Source: Erysipelotrichaceae bacterium
GTDB lineage: Bacteria > Bacillota_I > Bacilli_A > RFN20 > CAG-826
Direction: 5' to 3'
DNA length: 64,000 nt
NCBI GenBank assembly: GCA_015059105.1
Contig: SVBB01000001.1
Span: 75,936 to 139,935 of the forward strand
Part shown: piece by piece, positions 47,490-57,981 of the stretch
Position numbering within the stretch: the stretch's first letter is position 1
Layout of the letters: each line of letters begins with the position of its first letter
Program-made: the position numbers and the translations under genes
The notes under the pieces: model-generated
The model's input: the letters and a program-made list of their open reading frames with translations, nothing else
Database searches by the model: none
What the model was told of the DNA's origin: nothing

Positions 47490-47978
47490 TTATTTCTTCG
47501 CTAAGAAACTAGCAGTACAAGATAATAAACCAGAAACGATACCTGCAATAGCAGCAATAATAGCAGTTGCAGTTAATGAGAAAGCAGTACCGGAGGCTAA
47601 TCCACCGAGGTCCCAACCTTTTGCCCCAGTATTGTTATTAACAAAAACTGGTAATAAAAAGATTAAAACACCACCGGCGATAACAACTAAGGAAGCAATC
47701 ACGACTGCTAAAAGTTTCACGTTGCTCTTTTTAACGAAGAAGTTAAGTGAACAAGCACATAAACCACCTATTAAAACGAGTAAATATCCGATAAAGCCAA
47801 CAACAGAGCCACCATCGGAGAAGAATGCATCGTTAAAGGATACTGTACCAGTTGTAGTTTTGCCTAAAACTGTTGCAGATGTACTTAGTTGATCGGTGAA
47901 CATAAAAGCAAATGCGAGAATTGCTAATAAGAAGGCGCAGCATGCTAAGACGTTTGATAATGTTAAATATTTTTTCAT
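47490..47978 (-). CDS. Hypothetical membrane protein (4 TM).
   Basis: Start MKKYLTL with RBS AAAGGAA. Hydrophobic throughout. Confidence 0.5.
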   Translation of the reverse strand: MKKYLTLSNVLACCAFLLAILAFAFMFTDQLSTSATVLGKTTTGTVSFNDAFFSDGGSVVGFIGYLLVLIGGLCACSLNFFVKKSNVKLLAVVIASLVVIAGGVLIFLLPVFVNNNTGAKGWDLGGLASGTAFSLTATAIIAAIAGIVSGLLSCTASFLAKK

Positions 47979-48074
47979 CTTTATAATTCCTTTCCGCAAG
48001 TTATTATAATGACTACTTATTTATAAATAAAGTATAAAAAATGAATATTTTACAAAATTATAAATAATTATTTA

Positions 48075-48605
48075 TTATGCATTCAAAATGACTTTTGAAA
48101 CATTAATGATATTTTCAATGTCTTCGATTGAGGAAGATAAATCAATAGTGGCGACATTTTCGTTATTAACTTTGACAAAGTATTTTAAGTCACTGTTTTT
48201 GATTATTTGGTAATCAGAGAAACTAGAAGATAAAGCTGAATTAACAACGATATTCTTGTTTTCTGATAATGTCAGATTCAAAACAATAGATTCAATACCG
48301 AAATATTCATTAGTTTGAGTATTTTTATATCCGTTAATAAGATATTTTCCGTTAGAAATATTATCAATTTTGGATAAATCCAAAGTGAAGAAAGATTTGT
48401 TAGAAGATATGAAACTAGATAATGCTTCGCTTAACCCAGAAAAAGTAGTAGCTTCCGCTTGGTAAGGAACAACATATCCGTCAAGAGGTTCGCTGCTAGT
48501 AGAAGAACTAGTTATCAACGAACTAGATAAAGAACTAGTGTTGTTATTTCCACATCCACCTAATGCAAATGAAATTAATAATAATACGAATGTTTTTTTA
48601 TTCAT
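48075..48605 (-). CDS. Lipoprotein, Ser/Thr-rich N-terminal region, uncharacterised; low-GC.
   Basis: Lipobox LISFALGGC. RBS AAGGTGA. GC is markedly lower than in flanking genes. Confidence 0.6.
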   Translation of the reverse strand: MNKKTFVLLLISFALGGCGNNNTSSLSSSLITSSSTSSEPLDGYVVPYQAEATTFSGLSEALSSFISSNKSFFTLDLSKIDNISNGKYLINGYKNTQTNEYFGIESIVLNLTLSENKNIVVNSALSSSFSDYQIIKNSDLKYFVKVNNENVATIDLSSSIEDIENIINVSKVILNA

Positions 48606-48677
48606 GAGCATCACCTTATATATAAATTATTTTATTTTATTATTCTCTATTCAAGCGGGATTTTGTTTCTACATTTT

Positions 48678-48781
48678 TTACAAAAGTGACGAAATGTCAT
48701 TCTCACTTAAGACTTTTATCCCTTTTGAGGAGAAATATTCGGCTGTATAACCTTGGCCATCAATTAATATATTGGAGAATG
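48678..48781 (-). pseudogene. Fossil 3'-terminal fragment (about 34 codons plus stop) of a TudS/DUF523-family gene; direct-repeat copy A of 50634-50737.
   Basis: 104 bp, about 92% identical to the 3' end of the intact DUF523 gene. Its translation YSFSNILIDGQGYTAEYFSSKGIKVLSENDISSLL* parallels GTFSHKLIDGQGYTAEYLSSKGIKVLSENDISSLL*. Confidence 0.7.
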
Positions 48782-48823
48782 AATATATAATTATTCATCA
48801 TTTATTAATAATATGGGCTATTG

Positions 48824-50527
48824 TTATTGATATGGATTATACATATCGGTAATGATTTTATTAAGGTAATCTGCAGGATCGTTATATATTGGTTTAGTGG
48901 AATCTAAATAATCAACGCTATAAAACATCTTTTCTGGTAATCTTTTATAGATACTTGGCCAGTCCGACCAGCTTTTCTTAACGAGCTTAAAATTGTTACC
49001 AAAAACATCAGCAAATCGTTTTTCTAGTTCTATAAATGAGTCTTCGTTATTACTTGGCATAAAATTAAGTTCTATTGGGTAACGATTAAAATCGACATCA
49101 AATTCATTTTTGAATAATTCAAAATAATTTTTAGCATCACTAATCGTTAAAGGTATTTTTGTTGTTTTATTAATTTCTTCTTTATACGAAACACCATCTA
49201 AAACATAATCATAATAAACGAATCTTTCGGTGGCTTGGCTAATTTGATTAGCTTTATTGACTGCAAAATAATCGTTTATAACAATATCAAGGTTATTATA
49301 TAGAAATATAAGCAGTGCTTTTCTAAAATTAGTAGACTTAATAGCCTCATTATAAACTGGCGTGGTTTTATCTCCGCTTATTAAATGAAGTGAATACATT
49401 ATTCTTATTTTGTTTCTACCAAACGTATAATCATCATACTGATAATCGGCGTCTTCACTAAGGTCTAAGATATCAACAATATCATTTTCATTGTCAAATC
49501 GATAAGAGGAAGAAGACTCTTCTTTATCGTTATTTAATACAAATCTAATTTCACTAAGATAATTATTATTCTTTGTTTTTAACAAGTAAGTGTGATTAGC
49601 ATAGTCGATAGTGTATTCTCCGTCCGCGAAAACAAAATCCTGGTAGTTGAGCGTTTCTTCATGGGATAATGACCATTTATCAACCATTTCTTTGTTAATC
49701 GGAAAGATATTAATGTTGTACCCAATATCAATATTTTTATCAAAAGCAATAGAGAATGTTTTGTCATCTATTTTCTTCATATCAGTGATATGAGAAAAAG
49801 TATCTTGATCGTACATATTATCGTTATAATAATAATAAGAATCTTTTATATTCTTTTTAATGAGGTTATATGTATAGATAAAATCATCAGAATTTATTTG
49901 CCTAATATTATCAAGCTTATAATCTTTCCAATATGCATCTTTGATTGAAATGGTGACGATTTGATTAGCGATATTAATTGTATCAATTAAGTCATATGAT
50001 ATTTCGTTATTAACTATTTTAAAAAGTCCACGGTTGTTCGTTGGAAGTATCTTATCAAAAAGAGTTGAATAATAATCAAAATAATAACTTTCTTTTGTTT
50101 GAAAATAGTTTTTAATAGAATAGCCTTTATTTATTAAATAAGTTTTAATCTCATCTCTATTTTTATTAGATATTTTTTTAATCTCATCTCTATCTTTGTT
50201 AGTAATATATTCGTTACAAATTATAAGATGTTTATAATCGGCTATATTTGCTTTGTCGTTTAGATTATAAAAGCGAGATTTTTGTAGACTGCCTTTGTAC
50301 ATAATTGAAGGCAAAAACACGCCTTCCTCTACCATTTTCTTGTCTAATTCTATTGTTTGTCGAAAGCGTTCACCTTTATTAGATATACTCATCACTTTGT
50401 TTATTTCGGCAATAACATTATCTTTTGATGCATAATCAAAACCTTCGTAAGTATAGGAAAAAGGAGCGTTGTTACATGAAACACTCATCAGTGTGATTAA
50501 GATAGGACAAATCTTCTTATATAACAT
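48824..50527 (-). CDS. Large low-complexity (N/Y/D/K-rich) putative lipoprotein, uncharacterised; very low GC.
   Basis: N-terminal signal with Cys (MLYKKICPILITLMSVSC). No recognisable catalytic motif. Flanked by 104-bp direct repeats. Confidence 0.55.
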   Translation of the reverse strand: MLYKKICPILITLMSVSCNNAPFSYTYEGFDYASKDNVIAEINKVMSISNKGERFRQTIELDKKMVEEGVFLPSIMYKGSLQKSRFYNLNDKANIADYKHLIICNEYITNKDRDEIKKISNKNRDEIKTYLINKGYSIKNYFQTKESYYFDYYSTLFDKILPTNNRGLFKIVNNEISYDLIDTINIANQIVTISIKDAYWKDYKLDNIRQINSDDFIYTYNLIKKNIKDSYYYYNDNMYDQDTFSHITDMKKIDDKTFSIAFDKNIDIGYNINIFPINKEMVDKWSLSHEETLNYQDFVFADGEYTIDYANHTYLLKTKNNNYLSEIRFVLNNDKEESSSSYRFDNENDIVDILDLSEDADYQYDDYTFGRNKIRIMYSLHLISGDKTTPVYNEAIKSTNFRKALLIFLYNNLDIVINDYFAVNKANQISQATERFVYYDYVLDGVSYKEEINKTTKIPLTISDAKNYFELFKNEFDVDFNRYPIELNFMPSNNEDSFIELEKRFADVFGNNFKLVKKSWSDWPSIYKRLPEKMFYSVDYLDSTKPIYNDPADYLNKIITDMYNPYQ

Positions 50528-50633
50528 TGTTCTCGATGTCCTCTATAATGTGATAATTATAGCATAAGAAAATAAAGAACCAATATTTCCTACCGTTATT
50601 CCAGTATTATTGTTGTTGAAGACTGGTTCCAAT

Positions 50634-51065
50634 TTACAAAAGTGAAGAAATGTCATTCTCGCTTAAGACTTTAATCCCTTTTGAGGAGAGATATTCGGCT
50701 GTATAACCTTGGCCATCAATTAATTTATGAGAGAATGTACCATCATAAATTTGATTAACTCCACAGGAAGGGGAATACTCTTTGAGAATAACAGTAGTGA
50801 TGCCGAGATACATGCAGATGTTATAAGCTTTTTCTGCACCTAATGCGAACTGCTTAGTGACATCTTTACCAATAGAGTTGATAACTTTGTCGCCTTTCCT
50901 TTCGCTTGGTTTTCTCGGAATGGATAAGCCACCTTCAACTTCTGGGCAGAAGGGGATCAATTCATATTTTTCGAGTAAATCTTTAATTAATGGGTTGTAA
51001 TTACTTTTTCCGTCATATTTAGTTTTATCACCGACGAGGCACGCTGATATAAGAATCTTTTCCAT
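50634..51065 (-). CDS. DUF523 / TudS-family (2-thiouracil desulfidase-like) Fe-S protein.
   Basis: MEKILISACLVGDKTKYDG...CPEVEGGL...PSCG conserved Cys pattern. The real start is probably MEK rather than the upstream ORF extension. Confidence 0.65.
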   Translation of the reverse strand: MEKILISACLVGDKTKYDGKSNYNPLIKDLLEKYELIPFCPEVEGGLSIPRKPSERKGDKVINSIGKDVTKQFALGAEKAYNICMYLGITTVILKEYSPSCGVNQIYDGTFSHKLIDGQGYTAEYLSSKGIKVLSENDISSLL

Positions 51066-51118
51066 AAGTAACCACATTCTATATTTAAAAATATAGTTAA
51101 TCAAGTTATAATTGGCAC

Positions 51119-51763
51119 ATGCAAAAAATGTTATCAACTATTTATCAAAACAAAGAATATCCCGTCATCATTGAACACAAATCAATGCGACATAAATCGA
51201 TTCGCTTCCGTTTAAAAAATGGTTCTTTTATGATTTCTGCTCCTTATACTGTAAGCGATAAACACATCATGAAATTATTAGAAGAAAAGTATGCACCTTT
51301 ACTTATCGCTAAAGAAAAACCACCGGCAGTAGGGGATGATTTTATCTATTTATTCGGAAGCCGTTATAGCTTTCCAAGTCAAGGGCAATTCACATTTTCA
51401 AATGGAGAAATTTTATCATATAAAGATAAAGAAGAATTCGATAAAAAAATTAGAAAATTATATTTAAAAATAATTACTGAAAGAGTGCGTTATTATGAGC
51501 AGCTAATGAAGACTAAAGAGCATAATGTAAGAGTGAGAAAAATGTCTACAAGATATGGGACTAATAGCAAGAAGACGAATACAGTTTGTTTCGCCTTAAC
51601 TCTATATAGTTATTCATATCAAATCATCGATGCGATTATCGTCCATGAATTAGCACATGATTACCACTTCGATCATTCACCTAATTTCTATAAAGTTGTC
51701 TATAATTTCTGCCCTAACTATAAAGAATTACATAAAAAGTTAAGAAAAGGAGAGTTCCAATGA
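51119..51763 (+). CDS. DUF45/YgjP-family metal-dependent hydrolase (WLM/M48-like HExxH).
   Basis: HELAHDYHFDHSPNFY motif. Confidence 0.65.
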   Translation: MQKMLSTIYQNKEYPVIIEHKSMRHKSIRFRLKNGSFMISAPYTVSDKHIMKLLEEKYAPLLIAKEKPPAVGDDFIYLFGSRYSFPSQGQFTFSNGEILSYKDKEEFDKKIRKLYLKIITERVRYYEQLMKTKEHNVRVRKMSTRYGTNSKKTNTVCFALTLYSYSYQIIDAIIVHELAHDYHFDHSPNFYKVVYNFCPNYKELHKKLRKGEFQ

Positions 51764-52476
51764 TAAAAGTCATCACCAGCAAGAATAATGATAAAGTCAA
51801 ATATGCCGTCTCTTTAAAAGATAATAAAACTCGTAAGAAAGAGAATAAATTCATCGGTGAAGGTAAAAAAGCTTTGGAGCTCGCTTTAAAAGCTAATTTA
51901 GTCAGTGAAGTTTTCACTTATGAAGCGTTATTGATCGAGGAGAATATACCTCAATATTTGGTCAATGAAGAGGTGATGAAAAAACTCTCATCTTCCGTCA
52001 ATCCTGAAGGAGTGGTTTTCATTGCAAATGTCCCTTCTTTTAAAAAAGACAATTTTAAGAAAATACTTTATCTAGATTCCATCAATGATCCTGGCAATTT
52101 AGGGACGTTAGTGAGAACGGCATTAGCCTTTAATTATGATGCGGTTGTGACCTCCCTAGATAGCGTTTCCATCTATAATGAAAAGTCATTAGCGGCTTGT
52201 AAAGGCGCGAACTATTTAATTCCTGTTTTTCAAGATGAACTTATTAATTATAAAGACGAATATCAAATCATCGTTTCCACTTTAAAAGATGAATCAGTGG
52301 ATATTGAGGAAGTAAAAACAAGCGAGAAATTTGTATTAGTCCTTGGTAATGAAGCACATGGGGTTAGCAAGAACAGTGAAAATCTCGCGGATATATTTGT
52401 AAAGATTGCAATTAATAACATCAATTCCCTTAATGTGGCGATTGCTGGTGGCATATTAATGTACAAATTTCATTAA
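51760..52476 (+). CDS. SpoU/TrmH-family RNA 2'-O-methyltransferase (RlmB/YacO-like).
   Basis: SPOUT motifs: ..LDSINDPGNLGTLVRTA.. and ..LVLGNEAHGVS... Confidence 0.7.
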   Translation: MIKVITSKNNDKVKYAVSLKDNKTRKKENKFIGEGKKALELALKANLVSEVFTYEALLIEENIPQYLVNEEVMKKLSSSVNPEGVVFIANVPSFKKDNFKKILYLDSINDPGNLGTLVRTALAFNYDAVVTSLDSVSIYNEKSLAACKGANYLIPVFQDELINYKDEYQIIVSTLKDESVDIEEVKTSEKFVLVLGNEAHGVSKNSENLADIFVKIAINNINSLNVAIAGGILMYKFH

Positions 52477-52567
52477 TATCGGTTGACATATATTTTTAAA
52501 CGACTAAGATATCTTTGAGGATTTAATCCTCTAAGATTTTTTATCTAGCGAAGGGAGACTGTATCAT

Positions 52568-53389
52568 ATGGCAGATTGCGATCATAACTGTGATAGCTGT
52601 GGCGTTGAAGGCTGTGGTTCTCGCATTGAAAAAGCCAAACTCAACGACCGTTCTAGCATTAAAAGAATAGTTGCTGTTTTATCTGGTAAGGGAGGAGTGG
52701 GCAAATCCTATGTTGCCTCTTTAACCGCGGTCTCTTTAGCAAGAAAAGGATACAAAGTTGGTATCTTAGATGCCGATGTTACTGGCCCAAGCATTCCAAA
52801 ATCATTTGGTATCAAGGGCAACTGTGAAGGGGAAGATGGTATCATCTATCCAAGAGAAAGCAAAACTGGTATCAAAATTATGTCCGCGAATCTTCTTTTA
52901 GATAATGAAGATGACCCAATCGTTTGGAGAGGACCATTACTAGGCAATCTCGTCAAGCAATTCTACGAAGATGTTTTATGGGAAGAACTCGATTATTTAG
53001 TGATCGATATGCCACCAGGAACAGGAGATGTCGCTTTGACAATTTTCCAAATGATTCCAGTGGATGACTTAATCATTGTCACTTCTCCACAAGACTTAGT
53101 TTCACTTATTGTGAAAAAAGCTCTTAAGATGGCAGAAATGATGAATATTCACGTCCTCGGTGTTGTGGAGAATATGTCATATGTCATTTGCCCAGATTGT
53201 GGCAAACACATTCCAGTCTTTGGTGAATCGCACTTAGAAGAATTCGCGAAACAGATGCATTTCGATATCCTTGGCAAATTACCACTTGTTGCTTCTAACA
53301 CAAAACTCGTGGATGAAGGAATGGTGGAAGCCACTAATGTCTTAGAGATTAATGAACTTGCAAAAAAGATTATTGAACAGTCTAAATAA
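52568..53389 (+). CDS. Mrp/NBP35 (ApbC) Fe-S cluster carrier ATPase.
   Basis: N-terminal CxxC pair, deviant Walker A GKGGVGKS, and CPxC-type motif CPDCG. Confidence 0.8.
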   Translation: MADCDHNCDSCGVEGCGSRIEKAKLNDRSSIKRIVAVLSGKGGVGKSYVASLTAVSLARKGYKVGILDADVTGPSIPKSFGIKGNCEGEDGIIYPRESKTGIKIMSANLLLDNEDDPIVWRGPLLGNLVKQFYEDVLWEELDYLVIDMPPGTGDVALTIFQMIPVDDLIIVTSPQDLVSLIVKKALKMAEMMNIHVLGVVENMSYVICPDCGKHIPVFGESHLEEFAKQMHFDILGKLPLVASNTKLVDEGMVEATNVLEINELAKKIIEQSK

Positions 53390-53398
53390 GGAGATTTT

Positions 53399-54445
53399 AT
53401 GAAAAAAATATTTACTTTATTAGCGTGTATTTTACCACTTACTGCTTGTGGTGCGAACACAGAAAGCTTCACTCCAGAAGAAACTGTGAAGAAAGAATTA
53501 CCAGCCTTAGTGAAAACGACTGTTGACACATATGGTGAATCAGAATGTGCGACTGTTGTTGCCGATGTCAAATCATTCCAAGTTGACGTCACCTATGGTG
53601 ATTATGTCATTAGCGTCCCAATTTCTGGCAAAGTCACTTTCGGTTTAAGAAACATGTATACTACTGACGCTTCTCAACTCCAAGTTGGTATGGTTTTTGA
53701 AAACTGCAACTTAGCCGCGAACATTAAAATCAATGGTGAAGAAGGGGCAGAAGCCGAAGAACACAAATACGAATTCAAAGATTTCAGCTTTGCTGCCTAT
53801 CTCAGTGGTGGTAATGCTTATATCGATATCTCTAATGCTTCTTTGATGAATAGCCTTACTAAATATGTCGCTGAACTTTTAAAACAAGAAGAATCAGTGG
53901 CGAAAGCTCTTCTTGGAAGTGGCAAATACCGCATTGATAACGTCATCACTAATGACAAACTTCCATTAGTTAAGAAAGAAGAAGTGACGGAAGAAAACAT
54001 TGCAAAAGGTATCAATGATGCCTTTGGCATCGTCACTGATGAAGACTTAGCAAAAATCATGTCATTAGTTCATGATAAGGGCAAGAATACTTATGATTTA
54101 AAGTTCTCTGTCACTGATCCAGCAATCGTCAACCGCAGTTATAGCAAATCTGGGGCAAATGCTGATGTCACTTGTGAAAAAGTCAACGTTGATGTTGAAG
54201 CATTAACTGATGATAAAGGCATTTTCTCTAGCGTCACTCTTAAAGGTGAAGTCGGAGTGAAAACTAATGTCAAAGAAGAAAGTGCGAACGTCAATTTAAA
54301 AGGAGAAGCAGATTTATCTTTAGACCTCACTAAATATGCAATTACTAATCCATCATTCGCAGAATTTAAGAGCCCAACTGTTTTAATCAATTTCATCATG
54401 AACTTAATCAAGGGTCTTTTTCCAGATACTGGTAGTAACGAATAA
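53399..54445 (+). CDS. Lipoprotein, uncharacterised.
   Basis: Lipobox ILPLTAC. RBS AAGGAG. Confidence 0.6.
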   Translation: MKKIFTLLACILPLTACGANTESFTPEETVKKELPALVKTTVDTYGESECATVVADVKSFQVDVTYGDYVISVPISGKVTFGLRNMYTTDASQLQVGMVFENCNLAANIKINGEEGAEAEEHKYEFKDFSFAAYLSGGNAYIDISNASLMNSLTKYVAELLKQEESVAKALLGSGKYRIDNVITNDKLPLVKKEEVTEENIAKGINDAFGIVTDEDLAKIMSLVHDKGKNTYDLKFSVTDPAIVNRSYSKSGANADVTCEKVNVDVEALTDDKGIFSSVTLKGEVGVKTNVKEESANVNLKGEADLSLDLTKYAITNPSFAEFKSPTVLINFIMNLIKGLFPDTGSNE

Positions 54446-54470
54446 TTCTGATTCAAACTAATCAATAAGA

Positions 54471-54507
54471 AAGCAATATTTATTTATTGCTTTTTTTATG
54501 CTATAAT
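54471..54507 (+). promoter_or_regulatory. Terminator hairpin (AAGCAATA-N7-ATTGCTT plus T-run) immediately followed by the extended -10 TGCTATAAT promoter of pheS. No T-box leader is present.
   Basis: Read directly from the sequence. Confidence 0.5.
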
Positions 54508-54531
54508 CACACACATTAGGAGTTAGAAAGT

Positions 54532-55569
54532 ATGGAAAATAGCAAAGTAAATGAAATCGTAACTCGCGCTTTAGAAGATATTGAAAAAGCGGATAAAGGC
54601 GATGTTATCAATGAAATCCGTAACCGCTACTTAGCGAAAAAAAGTGAACTCATGGGGTTGATGTCTTTATTAGGACAGATGTCACCAGAAGAAAGAAAAG
54701 ATTTTGGTAAGCTCGTCAACGATGCCAAGACACGCATCAGTGAAATGCTTAACAAAAAACAACAAGAAATCGCTCAAAAAGAATTAAATAAGCGCCTTGA
54801 AGAGGAAAAGATTGATATCTCTCTTCCTGGAAAGAAAGTGGAACTCGGTGGTAGAAACCCATTCTATTTAGTGCAAGATGAAGTCATCGAAATCTTTACT
54901 GGCATGGGCTTTTCTGTCGCGAGTGGACCAGAAGTGGAAAGCGATTTATTTAACTTTGAACTTTTAAATATTCCTAAAGATCATCCTGCTAGAGATATGC
55001 AAGATACTTTCTACATCGATAATAATACATTATTAAGAACTCATACTTCGCCAGTGCAAGCCCATACGATGCAAGAAGCAAAGGGTCAACCAGTAAAGAT
55101 CATTTGTCCTGGTAAAACATATCGTAGGGATAATGATGATGCGACTCATTCTCATCAATTCGCACAAGTGGAAGGTTTATTAATCGATAAGAATATCAAT
55201 ATTGGTCATTTAAAAGCGCTATTAACTTTATTTGCCAAAAAGATGTTTGGTGAAAAAAGAGAAATTCGTCTTAGACCATCTTATTTCCCATTCACTGAAC
55301 CAAGTGTGGAAGTCGATATCTCATGTTTCAACTGTGGTGGGAAAGGCTGCTCGATGTGCAAAGGCACTGGTTGGATCGAAATCCTCGGTGGTGGTATGGT
55401 CCATCCAAACGTCTTAAAGATGAATGGTTATGACCCAGAAGTTTATTCCGGACTTGCCTTTGGTATCGGTATTGAAAGAGTGGCAATGCTCAGATACGGT
55501 ATCGACGATATCCGTAAGATATATACAAATGACGTGAGATTCTTACGTCAATTCGAAAAGAAAGCATAA
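54532..55569 (+). CDS. pheS: Phenylalanyl-tRNA synthetase alpha subunit.
   Basis: Class II core with motifs 2 and 3. C-terminal [14 protein letters not shown]. Confidence 0.9.
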   Translation: MENSKVNEIVTRALEDIEKADKGDVINEIRNRYLAKKSELMGLMSLLGQMSPEERKDFGKLVNDAKTRISEMLNKKQQEIAQKELNKRLEEEKIDISLPGKKVELGGRNPFYLVQDEVIEIFTGMGFSVASGPEVESDLFNFELLNIPKDHPARDMQDTFYIDNNTLLRTHTSPVQAHTMQEAKGQPVKIICPGKTYRRDNDDATHSHQFAQVEGLLIDKNINIGHLKALLTLFAKKMFGEKREIRLRPSYFPFTEPSVEVDISCFNCGGKGCSMCKGTGWIEILGGGMVHPNVLKMNGYDPEVYSGLAFGIGIERVAMLRYGIDDIRKIYTNDVRFLRQFEKKA

Positions 55570-55581
55570 GGAGGAAAAACC

Positions 55582-57981
55582 ATGTTAGTCTCAGTTAAGA
55601 AATTAAATGAATATGTTGATATCAAAGATATCGATGCTTCTTCCTTAGCGAAAGGTCTCACTTTTGCCGGTGTGGAAGTAGAAGAAATGGTCACTTTAGC
55701 TAGTGGCACTAATCTCGTCATCGGTGAAATATTAACTTGTGAAAACCATCCTGATAGCGATCATCTTCACGTTCTCAACGTCAATTTAGGGGAGAAATAT
55801 GGGGTTAATCAAATAGTTTGTGGCGCGCCTAACGCGCGTAAAGGCTTAAAAGTCATCGTCGCACGACCAGGGGCTAAATTACCACAGATTGAAATTAAAC
55901 CATCTGTCATTAGAGGAGTGGAATCTAATGGGATGTGCTGCTCTCTTGTCGAACTTGGTGTGGACATCAAATATTTAAATGAATACCAAACTAAAGGTAT
56001 TGAAGAATTGCCACGTGACGCTCCCGTTGGAGAAGAAAATGTTTTAGGTTATTTAGGCTTAGATGACACAATCCTTTCCTTAAATGTTTTAGCCAATCGT
56101 CCCGATTTATTATCCATTTATAATGTCGCTAGAGAAGTGGGAGCAATCTTTTCTAGAAAAGTGAATATCCCAGTCGTCGAACATAAAGCTGACTTTGTGA
56201 CTGATCTCAAAGTTGGTAGCGACACTGATAAATGCAGTCAATTCTCTGGATGTGAAATTAGAGGAATAGTCACTAAACCGTCTCCAAAATATGTTCAAGA
56301 ATTCTTGATGGCAGAGGGAGTGAGAAGCATCAACAATATCGTTGATATCGGTAACTATGTGATGTTATTAACCGGTCAACCACTTCATATGTATGATGCC
56401 GATAAACTAACTAAAAAAGAACTTATCGCTAAAAGCGATTATAGCGGTGAATTCATCGCTTTAGATGAAAATAAATATGAATTAAATGAAGGCGATATCG
56501 TTATTACCACAGATAATAAACCAATGTGTTTAGGAGGAGTGATGGGGAGCTTAGAATGTGCGGTTGATGAAAATACGAAGAATATTTATATCGAAGCCGC
56601 TTCCTTTGATAGCGCGTCCATCCGTCGTACTTCTCTCCGTCTTGGTTTAGTCAGCGAATCCTCCCAAAGATTTGTCAAAGGCACTAACCATTTCCAAAGC
56701 GAAGAAGTTATCGCTTTAGCATCTAAGTTATGTCGCGAATTAGCTGAAGCAAAAGAAGTTTCTAATATCGTCACTTATCAAAAAGAAGAAAAGAAACAAC
56801 AAGTTGTGAAAACTTCTATTAATAAAATTAATAATAGATTAGCAACTTCCTTCTCTAAAGAAGAGATTATCGATGTCTTAAATAGACTTAATTTCTCTGT
56901 TAAAGAAAATAACGGCGAATTAGATGTCACAGTTCCTTTATATCGACTTGATGTCACTTGTGATGCGGATATCTCTGAAGAAGTGATTAGAGTGCTCGGC
57001 TTTGATAATGTGAAGATGGAGCTCCCAGTTTTACCAACCACAGTTGGTGGTTTAACTAGTAAACAGTACCGTCAAAAAGCACTTAGAGATCATTTATTAG
57101 CAAGTGGCTTATCTGAAGCACTTACTTATTCACTTGTGAATAAAAATGAAGTATATAGCTTCAATTTATTAAATGAAGAAGAAGCATATCAATTATTAAA
57201 TCCATTAATGGAAGATAGAATGATGTTCCGCACACACATTCTTCATAGCTTACTTGAAGCGACTTCCTATAACCTTGCTAGACAAGTTAAAAACATCGCT
57301 TTATTTGAAACTAGTGAAATGATTTCAAAGAAATCACATACTACGCATCTCGCGATTGTTTTATGTGGAAATAACTCTAAACAAGGCCTCTTAAAAGAAG
57401 AACCATATGATTTCTATGATATGAAAGGTATCGTGGAAAATATCTTCTCCTTATTTGGCATTGAAAATAGCAGATATAGATTTGAAGTATCAAAATTAGA
57501 TAAAGAATTATTGCATCCAGGTAAATCTGCTGACATCATCTTCCAAAATCAATTAGTGGGTCGATTTGGTGAACTTCATCCATTAGCATCTCAAAAATAC
57601 GATTTTGGTAAAAATGCAGTAGTGGTTTTAGAGATGAATATCTCCCCATTACTCGATGCGAAAGTTTCTCAAATCAAGGCTAGTGAAATATCTAAATATC
57701 CAACAGTTTATCGTGACTTAGCTTTATTAGTGGATGTCAAGATCAACGCGGGCGAGATTATCAAAGCGATTAAGATGTCTGGTAAAGGCATTGTCTCTAA
57801 TGCTGAAGTCTTCGATGTCTATTATGGGGCACCTGTTTCCTTATTAGGAAAGAAGTCTCTTGCCATCAGAGTGAGCTACTCTAGTAAAGACCATACTTTA
57901 CAAGAAAAAGAAATCACTTTAGTGGAAGATCAAATCAAATTCGATTTAGCGAAAAACTTTAAAGCGGAGTTAAGAGGCTAA
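55582..57981 (+). CDS. pheT: Phenylalanyl-tRNA synthetase beta subunit.
   Basis: 799 aa with tRNA-binding, B3/4, B5, and FDX-ACB domains. Confidence 0.9.
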   Translation: MLVSVKKLNEYVDIKDIDASSLAKGLTFAGVEVEEMVTLASGTNLVIGEILTCENHPDSDHLHVLNVNLGEKYGVNQIVCGAPNARKGLKVIVARPGAKLPQIEIKPSVIRGVESNGMCCSLVELGVDIKYLNEYQTKGIEELPRDAPVGEENVLGYLGLDDTILSLNVLANRPDLLSIYNVAREVGAIFSRKVNIPVVEHKADFVTDLKVGSDTDKCSQFSGCEIRGIVTKPSPKYVQEFLMAEGVRSINNIVDIGNYVMLLTGQPLHMYDADKLTKKELIAKSDYSGEFIALDENKYELNEGDIVITTDNKPMCLGGVMGSLECAVDENTKNIYIEAASFDSASIRRTSLRLGLVSESSQRFVKGTNHFQSEEVIALASKLCRELAEAKEVSNIVTYQKEEKKQQVVKTSINKINNRLATSFSKEEIIDVLNRLNFSVKENNGELDVTVPLYRLDVTCDADISEEVIRVLGFDNVKMELPVLPTTVGGLTSKQYRQKALRDHLLASGLSEALTYSLVNKNEVYSFNLLNEEEAYQLLNPLMEDRMMFRTHILHSLLEATSYNLARQVKNIALFETSEMISKKSHTTHLAIVLCGNNSKQGLLKEEPYDFYDMKGIVENIFSLFGIENSRYRFEVSKLDKELLHPGKSADIIFQNQLVGRFGELHPLASQKYDFGKNAVVVLEMNISPLLDAKVSQIKASEISKYPTVYRDLALLVDVKINAGEIIKAIKMSGKGIVSNAEVFDVYYGAPVSLLGKKSLAIRVSYSSKDHTLQEKEITLVEDQIKFDLAKNFKAELRG

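Noticed and set aside
47452..47892. 146-aa plus-strand ORF.
   Set aside because: It is antisense to the better-supported membrane-protein gene 47490..47978, which has an RBS and hydrophobic TM pattern. Its Ala/Pro/Thr-rich translation is consistent with an antisense frame.
52519..52546. Hairpin GAGGATT-taa-AATCCTC plus T-run between a TTGACA-like hexamer and the Mrp/ApbC gene; considered as a leader attenuator.
   Set aside because: It is equally well explained as the ordinary terminator of the upstream TrmH-family gene. The putative promoter lacks a convincing -10.
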